Below, one piece after another: positions 19,932 through 28,800 of a stretch of 64,000 nt of DNA. The DNA comes from Candidatus Latescibacterota bacterium. Its GTDB lineage: Bacteria > Latescibacterota > UBA2968 > GCA-2709665. Numbering within the stretch: position 1 is the stretch's first letter; the number at the start of each line of letters is the position of its first letter. A program made the translations under genes and the position numbers. The stretch lies in NCBI GenBank assembly GCA_965237675.1, contig OZ250150.1, positions 800,001 through 864,000 on the forward strand, written 5' to 3'. The notes beneath the pieces are model-generated. The model searched no databases, was not told the DNA's origin, and saw only the letters and a program-made list of their open reading frames with translations.

Positions 19932-20966
19932 GTGGTTTTCGTTATGGCGGACGTTGCGACCGACAGATTGGGCAGACCGCTCAGGGATCTTCGGATTTCG
20001 GTGACGGATCGGTGTAATTTCCGGTGTCCGTATTGTATGCCGGCCGAGGTCTTTGGAGAGAACTACACGTTTCTCCCCAGAGCCGAAATATTGACGTTCG
20101 AGGAGATTGAACGGCTGGTGTGGCTATTCGCGGGTCTGGGGGTGCGCAAGGTCCGGGTCACCGGCGGCGAACCGCTGCTCCGGAGGGAAATCGAAGCGCT
20201 GATCGGATGTCTGGCGGCGGTAGACGGGATTGAAGATCTCACGCTCACGACCAACGGTTATCTGCTGCCGAAGAAGGCGGGAGAACTCAAAGAAGCGGGG
20301 TTGCACAGAATTACGGTAAGTCTGGATTCCCTGGATGAAGACGTATTCAAGTTGTTGAACGGCAGGGGTTATCACGTATCGCAGGTGCTCGAGGGAATCC
20401 GGGCGGCTGAAGAGGCGGGGTTTTCTCCGCTGAAGATCAACGCGGTGATCCAGCGCGGTGTGAACGACCATACCGTTGTGGATCTCGCCCGGTACTTTTA
20501 CGGGACCGGGCATATTGTCCGGTTCATCGAGTATATGGACGTGGGCAATCGAAATGGCTGGCGCCTGGATCACGTGGTCCCCGCGGCGGAGATCGTGCAG
20601 CGCATCCATGAGGAAATGCCGGTAGCCGCCGTGGCGCCGAATTACCCGGGTGAGGTCGCGCGGCGGTTCCGATATCTGGACGGGGGCGGGGAAATCGGCG
20701 TCATTGCCTCCGTCACGCAGCCGTTCTGCGGCGACTGTACCAGGGCGAGGCTGTCCACCGACGGAAAGGTATATACCTGTTTGTTTGCCGGAACCGGCAT
20801 GGATCTCAGGGGACCCCTGCGGGACGGGGCGAGCGACGACGAACTGAGGGCGACGATCTCTGAAATATGGGATGGGCGCGAGGATCGGTACTCGGAGATG
20901 CGGACGGCCGAGACGACGGAAATGCCGTCGTATTCGAAGGTGGAAATGTACCAGATCGGGGGATAG
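19932..20966 (+). CDS. moaA: GTP 3',8-cyclase (Moco biosynthesis)
   Basis: LRISVTDRCNFRCPYCM, FCGDCTRARL, C-terminal IGG; true start may be ATG 19944. Confidence 0.97.
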   Translation: MVFVMADVATDRLGRPLRDLRISVTDRCNFRCPYCMPAEVFGENYTFLPRAEILTFEEIERLVWLFAGLGVRKVRVTGGEPLLRREIEALIGCLAAVDGIEDLTLTTNGYLLPKKAGELKEAGLHRITVSLDSLDEDVFKLLNGRGYHVSQVLEGIRAAEEAGFSPLKINAVIQRGVNDHTVVDLARYFYGTGHIVRFIEYMDVGNRNGWRLDHVVPAAEIVQRIHEEMPVAAVAPNYPGEVARRFRYLDGGGEIGVIASVTQPFCGDCTRARLSTDGKVYTCLFAGTGMDLRGPLRDGASDDELRATISEIWDGREDRYSEMRTAETTEMPSYSKVEMYQIGG

Positions 20967-21129
20967 CAGCCCGTTGAAAAAGTCCATCCGGGCTGCGTCC
21001 GGCCCTTATGGCCGAATGACTGCGTTGCACTCCCTCCCCGAATCCCCCGATTCGACGCGGTCGCGCGCCTTGTCTTCGGCCACAATGTCTCGGCCTCGCC
21101 TGCCGAGCGACTTTTTCAACGGACTGTTA
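20964..21129. mobile_element. MITE family B overlapping the moaA TAG stop
   Basis: 21-bp TIRs TAGCAGCCCGTTGAAAAAGTC / GACTTTTTCAACGGACTGTTA (19/21 match); no transposase inside. Confidence 0.8.
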
Positions 21130-21202
21130 GCGGACACGTCTGAATGCAATACGCGGGTGCCGGTCTGTCAAACCGCGACCAGCGGAGGCTGATTTCTCAC
21201 GT

Positions 21203-21229
21203 AGAGAGAGACGATTGTCTCTCTTTTTT
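21203..21229 (+). terminator. Intrinsic terminator after moaA/MITE
   Basis: AGAGAGAC-gatt-GTCTCTCT stem followed by a T run. Confidence 0.6.
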
Positions 21230-21230
21230 G

Positions 21231-21302
21231 TTGACAGTGTTTCCTTTCGCCCTATCTTTAATAATCATATATACTATAATCTTGATCAGAATACTCAACA
21301 AT
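21231..21302 (+). promoter_or_regulatory. Promoter plus palindromic operator upstream of the sulfite/nitrite reductase
   Basis: TTGACA-16-TATCTT, then TTGA-N9-TCAA dyad at 21282-21298 resembling Rrf2-family (IscR/CymR) boxes. Confidence 0.5.
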
Positions 21303-21342
21303 TCAGCTCGCCTCACAGGACCCGCTGGGAGAAACTTAAACC

Positions 21343-21477
21343 ATGAAGGGCAAGATAAGCATTATCACGCTGCTCGTCGCTGACATGAAAAAATCCATAT
21401 CGTTCTATCGGGACGGACACTGTTTCCGGATTATTTCGTTGACTTCACAGGGTGAGTTCAATAGATTACGCGCTTGA
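21343..21477 (+). pseudogene. Truncated VOC/glyoxalase-family gene (44 codons)
   Basis: Hand translation MKGKISIITLLVADMKKSISFYRDG matches the VOC N-terminal pattern, then homology is lost; GGGAGA RBS. Confidence 0.65.
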
Positions 21478-21520
21478 TCAATGTGGTCGCCTTTCCAATC
21501 TGGAGCCAGGAGGCGTTGAC

Positions 21521-23776
21521 ATGTCTGAATCTACAACCTGGAAGGAAGTTCTCGCGGATCGGATACCCGACGAACTGGGCCGGGAAGTCGATATATTCGC
21601 CACGCAAATCGAGCTTCGGAAACAGGGCAAAATCGAAGATACCGTTTTTGCCGAGACCCGGCTGCGCAGAGGGGTTTACGGACAGCGTTACGATAACGGC
21701 AAACGCTTCGACGGGAGCAACACCCAAGTTCTGGATTTCCCAAGCGGGGAGCTGGTGAAAGGTCCGGATACGGTGTGGGACGCGCCGGGGATGCAACGGA
21801 TCAAGATTCCGTTCGGCGGGATGACCGCGGACCAGCTGGATATGCTGGCCGATGTGGCGGAGGAGTATTCGGATGCGATCCTGCACATTACCACGCGCCA
21901 GGACGTCCAGTTGCACTATATGCACATCGAGGATACTCCCGATCTCATGTACCGCCTGGCGTCCGTGGGCATCACAACCCGAGAAGCCTGCGGCAATACG
22001 GTCCGGAACGTGACGGCCTGTCCCCTCTCCGGGGTGTGCCGGACCGAAACCTTCGATGTGACGCCTTATGCCAGGGCGTGCTCCAGATTCCTGCTGGGGC
22101 ACAAAGACGCGCAGGACTTCGGACGGAAGTTCAAAATCGCCTTTTCCGGTTGCGAACACGAGGCATGCGGGCTTGCAAATATGCACGATATCGGCGCCAT
22201 TGCGGTTACAAAGACAGTGAACGGCAGGGAGAAACGCGGGTTCAGGTTCTACGTGGGCGGGGGGTTGGGCGCCGTTCCCCACCAGGCCAAGCTGTTTGAG
22301 GAATTCCTTCCCGAAGAGGAGCTTCTACCCGTCTCACAGGCCATCTCCCGGGTGTTTGCCCGCCTCGGCGTAAAGCGGAATCGGGCGCGCGCGCGGCTCA
22401 AATTCCTGATCGCCAAGTTGGGACTGGAGGCGTTCAAGCGCCTGGTGGAGGAGGAACGGAAGGTCCTGCCTGACGACCCGGAGTGGACGGCGTTTCTTTC
22501 GGATCTGCGCGCATACGACGAAAAGCCTTTGAAAATCGCGCAAGCGATGAACGGCGCCGCCGTGGCCGACGGTTTCGACGACTGGGCGCGAACCAATGTC
22601 TACTGGCAGCGGCAGAATGGCTACGCGGTGGTTACGGTAACCCTGCCGCTGGGCGACCTGACGTCGGACCAGACGCGGGCCCTCGCCAATATATCAAGAC
22701 GTTTCGTGAACGATACGGTCCGGGCCACTGTGGAGCAAAACATCGTGTTCCGCTGGGTGAGCGAGGCGGAGCTTCCCGAACTCTACATCGCGCTCGCCAG
22801 GATCGGGTTGAATGAACCCGGCGCCGGAACGATTGTGGACGTGACGGCATGCCCCGGAACGGATACGTGCAAGCTGGGCATCGCGTCGTCCCGCGGGCTG
22901 GCCGGCGAACTACGCACGCGCCTGGCCGCGAAGAGTGTGGAAATGGATGCTGCCGTGAAAGGGCTCCGAATCAAGATCAGCGGCTGCTTCAACTCGTGCG
23001 GGCAGCATCACGTCGCGGATCTGGGATTCTATGGGATCAGCCGCAAGGTGAGCGGCTACACGGTGCCGCATTTTCAGGTGGTACTCGGAGGCCAGTGGAC
23101 CGGCAACGCCGCGTCCTTCGGACTGGCAATGGGGGCGGTCCCTTCCAAGCGGATCCCCGACGTGGTAGCGCGAATCAGCCAGAGCTATATTCAGGGGCGA
23201 ACCAGGGACGAGAGTTTTCAGGATTACGTCAGGCGGATCGGCAAGGTGCAGGTGAAACGCATGTTGGACGACCTGACCGACGTGCCGCCCTATGAGATCG
23301 ACTCCTCCTACTACATGGACTGGGGAGACAGCCGGGTGTTCACAACCGGAGACATGGGGAGGGGCGAGTGCGCGGGCGAGGTGGTGCCACTGGTCCAGTT
23401 TGAGCTTTCCAGTTGTGAGCGGGAGGCCTTCGAGGCCCAGGTGCAGCTGGATAACGGCCACTACGAAACGGCTTATAAACAGGCATACAGCGCCATGGTT
23501 CACGCCGCCAAGGCCCTCGTAAAAACGCAATTTCTGGATGTTCCGGAGGATCCCGATACGATCGTGTCCGAATTCCGCACGCGGATCGTCGACACCGGAC
23601 TGTTGCACGACAATCCTGTAACCCGGGGCAAGTTTGCCAATTATCTCTTTCTCGCCCAGAGGCGCAACGTTGAATCCTACAGTGAAGACCTGGCGCACCG
23701 GTTCATCGAGGAAACGCAGCTTTTTATCGAAGCCGCGTATGCCTGCTACGGGCGGATGAACGTGGTCAACAACTAG
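21521..23776 (+). CDS. Siroheme/[4Fe-4S] sulfite/nitrite reductase with C-terminal HEPN-like domain
   Basis: RGVYGQR, HITTRQDVQ, RKFKIAFSGC, ACPGTDTC...SGCFNSCGQH; tail AYKQAYSAMVHAAKAL; AGGAGG RBS. Confidence 0.9.
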   Translation: MSESTTWKEVLADRIPDELGREVDIFATQIELRKQGKIEDTVFAETRLRRGVYGQRYDNGKRFDGSNTQVLDFPSGELVKGPDTVWDAPGMQRIKIPFGGMTADQLDMLADVAEEYSDAILHITTRQDVQLHYMHIEDTPDLMYRLASVGITTREACGNTVRNVTACPLSGVCRTETFDVTPYARACSRFLLGHKDAQDFGRKFKIAFSGCEHEACGLANMHDIGAIAVTKTVNGREKRGFRFYVGGGLGAVPHQAKLFEEFLPEEELLPVSQAISRVFARLGVKRNRARARLKFLIAKLGLEAFKRLVEEERKVLPDDPEWTAFLSDLRAYDEKPLKIAQAMNGAAVADGFDDWARTNVYWQRQNGYAVVTVTLPLGDLTSDQTRALANISRRFVNDTVRATVEQNIVFRWVSEAELPELYIALARIGLNEPGAGTIVDVTACPGTDTCKLGIASSRGLAGELRTRLAAKSVEMDAAVKGLRIKISGCFNSCGQHHVADLGFYGISRKVSGYTVPHFQVVLGGQWTGNAASFGLAMGAVPSKRIPDVVARISQSYIQGRTRDESFQDYVRRIGKVQVKRMLDDLTDVPPYEIDSSYYMDWGDSRVFTTGDMGRGECAGEVVPLVQFELSSCEREAFEAQVQLDNGHYETAYKQAYSAMVHAAKALVKTQFLDVPEDPDTIVSEFRTRIVDTGLLHDNPVTRGKFANYLFLAQRRNVESYSEDLAHRFIEETQLFIEAAYACYGRMNVVNN

Positions 23777-23903
23777 TGTTCCGCCCCCGAAATATGTCGC
23801 CATTCTTCCCTGTCTGCGTGCGTGAGGCAGCACGCACAGGCAGGCGCCGGTTCAACCCGTCTCGCCGGCCGAATTTCGGCAATCTATTTCCGGGACAGAA
23901 CAC
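23776..23903. mobile_element. MITE family A, copy 3 (inverted; 70-bp deletion plus 36-bp insertion) at the reductase TAG stop
   Basis: Same TIRs as copies 1 and 2 in reverse orientation; preceded by CTA to give CTAG. Confidence 0.8.
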
Positions 23904-23953
23904 CAGCCGGGCGGGCCGTCGGCAGGGATTTCCCTGTATTGAGATTCTGACTT

Positions 23954-24535
23954 ATGAACGCGTATCGAATTCAAATCAAATTCTACCTCGAGCGCGGTCA
24001 GGATGTGGCCCCGGAAACCTGGTTCCGGGTTTTCAACACCTGGATTCCCGAGACCAGAGACGAGGTGCTCGTGGACGTGGCGGACTATAGCCACGTGCAC
24101 GAGGGGCCGGTGACCCTGCTGGTGGGACACGAGGCGAACTATAGTATCGACCGTTCAGATGGAAAAACGGGGCTCCTGTATGACCGCAAGCAACCTGCCG
24201 GCGGTAACTTCGCCGACCGGCTGCGGAGGGCTTTCGTTTCGACCCTTAAAGCCTGTCACAGGCTCGAACGGGATTCCATACTGGCCGGAAGCGCGAAATT
24301 CAGGACGGATGAAGTTCGGATTGTGTTGAACGACCGGTTACTGGCCCCCAATTCGGAGAAGACGCAGGCCGCCGTACAGACGGATCTGAACCACGTGCTG
24401 AAGCGACTCTACAACGGCCACGATTTCGATATCGAGCACAATTCAGACCCCAGGCAGCGGTTCACCCTGAAGATCCATTCCGGCTGCCAGGAAAGCGTTG
24501 CTTTCTTGCTTCGACGTCTCGATGCCGATGTTTAG
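23954..24535 (+). CDS. Hypothetical protein downstream of the sulfite/nitrite reductase
   Basis: 193-aa ORF with VFNTWI...LVDVADYSHVHEGP...LVGHEANY, co-oriented within the cluster. Confidence 0.75.
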   Translation: MNAYRIQIKFYLERGQDVAPETWFRVFNTWIPETRDEVLVDVADYSHVHEGPVTLLVGHEANYSIDRSDGKTGLLYDRKQPAGGNFADRLRRAFVSTLKACHRLERDSILAGSAKFRTDEVRIVLNDRLLAPNSEKTQAAVQTDLNHVLKRLYNGHDFDIEHNSDPRQRFTLKIHSGCQESVAFLLRRLDADV

Positions 24536-24727
24536 CTTTTGGGGCTTGACAAACCGAAAGAAAGTTCTATATTTCGGAAGAGATTTTCTCCGGCAAGGCG
24601 TTGTAAAGCGGTGGCCTTCGTGAAGATTCCCGGCATCCTTCCTTTTTGGGCGGATTCGATCTCACGAACCTGTGTCCAAATGTATAAGATAAACGTGTAG
24701 ACCGACTCAAGGAAAGGGGTGAAGAGA

Positions 24728-24991
24728 ATGACGTATATTATCACCGAGCCATGCTTGGACGTGATGGATAGGGCATGTGTGGAGGTCTGCCCGGTCGACT
24801 GTATTTACGAGCCCGAAGCAACGAGCCTGCCGGAAGACGAGCAACGTCAGATGCTCTACATCCACCCGGATGAGTGCATCGACTGCGGGGCCTGCGAACC
24901 CGAATGTCCGGTTGAGGCGATTTTTGCGGAAGAGGATACACCTGAAGAATGGAAAGAATACATCGAAATTAACGTGACGGCTTTCGATTAA
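24728..24991 (+). CDS. Dicluster (7Fe/8Fe, FdxA-type) ferredoxin
   Basis: MTYIITEPC...[11 protein letters not shown]...[17 protein letters not shown]; own TTGACA-16-TATATT promoter at 24546-24573. Confidence 0.95.
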   Translation: MTYIITEPCLDVMDRACVEVCPVDCIYEPEATSLPEDEQRQMLYIHPDECIDCGACEPECPVEAIFAEEDTPEEWKEYIEINVTAFD

Positions 24992-25029
24992 AGCGTTCCG
25001 ACTTCTTCGCTCGTTCAAACGACGTGGAG

Positions 25030-25062
25030 AAAATGCCAGGATCCATCCGGTCCTGGCATTTT
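25030..25062. terminator. Intrinsic (bidirectional-type) terminator after the ferredoxin
   Basis: AAAATGCCAGGA...TCCTGGCATTTT stem. Confidence 0.7.
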
Positions 25063-25291
25063 GCAATTGGAACCGCGGGTGGCGCCGTCTGTTTTGACAC
25101 GTCCGGCAAATACGCGATTAATAAATCAGCCAGTGTTCAGTTCGAAAGATAGTTTGCTGAAATTCGGCCGGCGAGAAGCAGCAGCTATTGGCTCTCAGCG
25201 GTCAGGGAAAACAGCAGTCCGCTATCAGTCGTCAGCTTAAACCGGTTAACGATACGGACAGCCGAAGTCAATTCACGGTTGCCCGGTTTTC

Positions 25292-25319
25292 GTAGGGGCG
25301 ACCGGCCGGTCGCCCCTAC
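25292..25319. repeat. GTAG-type REP palindrome
   Basis: Perfect 28-bp palindrome GTAGGGGCGACCGGCCGGTCGCCCCTAC. Confidence 0.8.
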
Positions 25320-25816
25320 AGATCCCGAGCGGCGGTTCCTGCGAGGACACCTCACGTCCGCATGGTGGCGGAGAGGGGGGTTTTTCCACGCTAATCCGTC
25401 CAGCATTGAAGCAACATGGGGCGGTATTCGTACGCAGGTCACAATCGCTAATCTACGCCACAGACGAGATTCGTGGAAAAACCGGCTCCGCGCCGAGCGG
25501 CGCCCTTCTTTTTCGCCCTTTTTCTTGGGCGATGCAAGAAAAAGGGCAATGGAATAGGAGACGTTAGGGAGTGGGGAAGATTCTGAGTCACCGGTAACAA
25601 AACGTGGGCATTTCGACAAGCTCGTTTCGACAATCTCAACACAAGCAGCACCTGCAACGCAACCAGCGCAGACATTCCGACACGCTCAATGCAAGCAATG
25701 CAGCGAGACGGGTTGGACCAAATAGTGACGTTTTTCAGGGAAAGGACATTTCGCCCGGCCTCAAACTCAACTGTCAATAAGGCGAACTTTACATTTCACA
25801 AGGAAGGACGAAGGCG

Positions 25817-28800
25817 GTGATGCAAGTAACCTCCAGAACCGGGCTGTACCGACCGGAATTCGAACACGATGCATGTGGCGTTGGTTTTGTTGCGGATATC
25901 GGAGGCAATCGTAACGGAGAAATCATGCGCCGCGCCGTGCTTGGGCTGGCCAATCTGACCCATCGGGGCGCGATGGATGCGGATGCGAAAACCGGGGACG
26001 GGGCCGGGGTGCTCACCCAGATTCCCGGGCGGTTGATCGTGCGGGAGGCTGAACGTCTGGGATACAGGGCGCCCCGCGCCGAGGACCTGGCCATCGGCAT
26101 GCTGTTCCTGTCTCAGGACAGGGTGACGAACGACCGGTATCGGATCATCGTCGACGAAGCAACCGATCACTACGGGCTCGTGCTGATTGGATGGCGGTCG
26201 GTGCCGGTGGACCGGACGGTCCTCGGCGACAGGGCGGCGGAGCTGATGCCGGATATTCAGCAGGTGCTTATCGCCCGTGGAGAGCGGATGTCCGACGCGG
26301 AGTTCGAGCGTGCGCTGTATCTGGTTCGACGGCAGGTGGAGAGATCCGTGCGGAGGCACGGAATGGAGGGTTGCTATATTTGCTCGCTGTCCAACCGGAC
26401 CATCGTTTATAAAGGGATGATGGTGGCCGCGCAGCTTGCGCGGTTTTACAGGGATCTTCAGAATCCTGACTTCGATACCGCACTGGCCGTTTTTCACCAG
26501 CGCTACAGCACCAACACGCTGCCCGACTGGTTCCTTGCACAACCGTTTCGATATCTCGCCCACAACGGCGAAATCAATACCCTTCGGGGCAATGTGAATT
26601 GGATGCGGGCGCGCGAGGCGGAGCTCAAATCCAGGGCCTGGGGCCGGTATCTGGATCGAATCAAGCCCATTATCGACGAAACACGCAGCGATTCGGCAAT
26701 GCTCGACAATGTCTTTGAAACGCTCGTGGTGGCTGGACGGGATCCGATGCACGCGATGATGATGCTGATTCCGGAGGCATATCGGGAAATACCCGACATG
26801 CCGGAGGATCTGCGTGGCTTTTATGAGTATAACGAGTGTCTGATGGAACCCTGGGACGGACCCGCCGCGGTCGCGTTCAGCGACGGCGCGGTCGTCGGCG
26901 CAACCCTGGACCGGAATGGGTTGCGGCCGGCCCGGTATAAGATCACGGATAGCGGTCTGATCGTTATGGGTTCCGAAGTCGGGATGCTGGAGATAGACGA
27001 CCGCCATGTTGTGGAGAAGGGTCGTCTCGGGCCGGGAGAGATGATCGCGGTGGATACGCGCAAGGGCACGCTGCTGAAAAACGACGAAATCAAATCCCAT
27101 TATGCAGGCCGCCGGCCCTACCGGCGTTGGGTGAGAGAGAACCTGGTCCGTTTCGAACCGTCGGATACCCGGCGCGAACCGTTTCCCGCGGGGGAACAGA
27201 CGGATTTTGAACGGAGGCAGTTGGCGTTCGGGTACACGGCCGACGAAATCGAATATGTCCTGGTGCCGATGGCGAACGACGGCAAGGAACCGGTCGGATC
27301 CATGGGAGACGATACGCCTCTGGCCATGTTGTCGGAGCGGCCCCAGCTTCTGTACAACTTTTTCTCGCAGCGGTTCGCGCAGGTTACGAATCCGCCGATC
27401 GATCCCCTGCGGGAAGAACTGGTGATGTCGCTGGACCTACACCTGGGGCGTCGTCGGAATATCTTCAGAGAGAAGGCGCCGTACGCACGGCTGATCCGCA
27501 TCCCCTCCCCTGTGCTGCTGGATTCTGAATTGCGGCGGCTATCCGGATCCGGGTTGCCAGGGTTCGACGCCGAGACGCTGCCGGCGCTTTTCGCTCCTTC
27601 CGAGGGAGCCGAAAGCCTGCGAAGGGCGCTGGACAGGATATGTCTGCAGGCGGTGCGCGCGGTCGAGTCCGGCAAGACCCTGTTGATTCTGAGCGACCGC
27701 GGTGTCGATTCGAACCAGGCGCCCATTCCCATGCTCCTGGCCGTGGGCGCCGTACATCATCATCTCATCCGGCAAGGGAAGCGGATGCAGGCGAGCCTGA
27801 TTGTGGAATCGGGCGAGCCCAGGGAAGTGCACCATATCGCCGCCCTGATCGGATACGGCGCCAGCGCAGTGAATCCTTATCTGGTTTACGAAAACCTGTA
27901 CGAACTGATCCGGGCCGGCAGGCTCGAAGACGAAATCACCTACGCGACAGCGCTGGCCAACTACCGGCACGCGTTGGAGGCGGGCATCCTGAAGGTGATT
28001 TGCAAGATGGGCATTTCCACGTTGAGCAGCTATTGCGGGGCGCAGATTTTCGACGCCGTCGGCCTGCATTCGGACGTGATTGACCGTTATTTCACCGGCA
28101 CGGTTTCGCAGGTGGGCGGGATTGGACTGGCGGACATCGCGGAGGATGCGGCGGAAAGACACCTGCAGGCGTTCCAGCCCGAGCGGTCGCCCGCGTTAAA
28201 AGATGCGGGCATCTATCGGTTCCGGCGAGACGGCGAGTACCATGCCTTCAATCCCCCGGTTTTCAAGGCTATCCACAGTGTGGCCAAAACCGGAAATTAT
28301 AAGGATTTCACGGCTTATTCCCGGCTGGTGGAGGGGCGGCCCGCGGCTTCGCTGCGGGACCTGATGGCATTTCGAGAGGGACACTCCGTCCCGCTCGAGG
28401 AAGTCGAGCCGGTTGAAGCCATCCGCAGGCGCTTTGTGTCCTCGGCGATGTCGCACGGAGCGCTTTCACGCGAGGCGCACGAAACGCTGGCCATTGCGTT
28501 GAACCGCATCGGCGCCAAGAGCAATAGCGGCGAGGGCGGAGAAGATCCGGCCCGGTATCGACGGCTGCCCAACGGAGACTGGCCCAACAGCGCCATCAAG
28601 CAGGTGGCGTCCGGCAGGTTTGGCGTCACGCCGGAGTACCTTGCATCGGCCAAAGAACTGGAAATCAAGATGGCGCAGGGTTCCAAACCGGGCGAGGGCG
28701 GACAGCTTCCGGGGCACAAGGTGTCCGCGGAGATCGCGCTGATCCGGCATTCGGTTCCGGGCATTACGCTGATTTCGCCGCCCCCCCATCACGATATTTA

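Noticed and set aside
25796-27100. Long antisense ORFs (also 3012-4424, 38877-40430, 41471-42490, 17495-18559)
   Set aside because: Shadow frames of well-supported genes in high-GC DNA, with no recognisable motifs.
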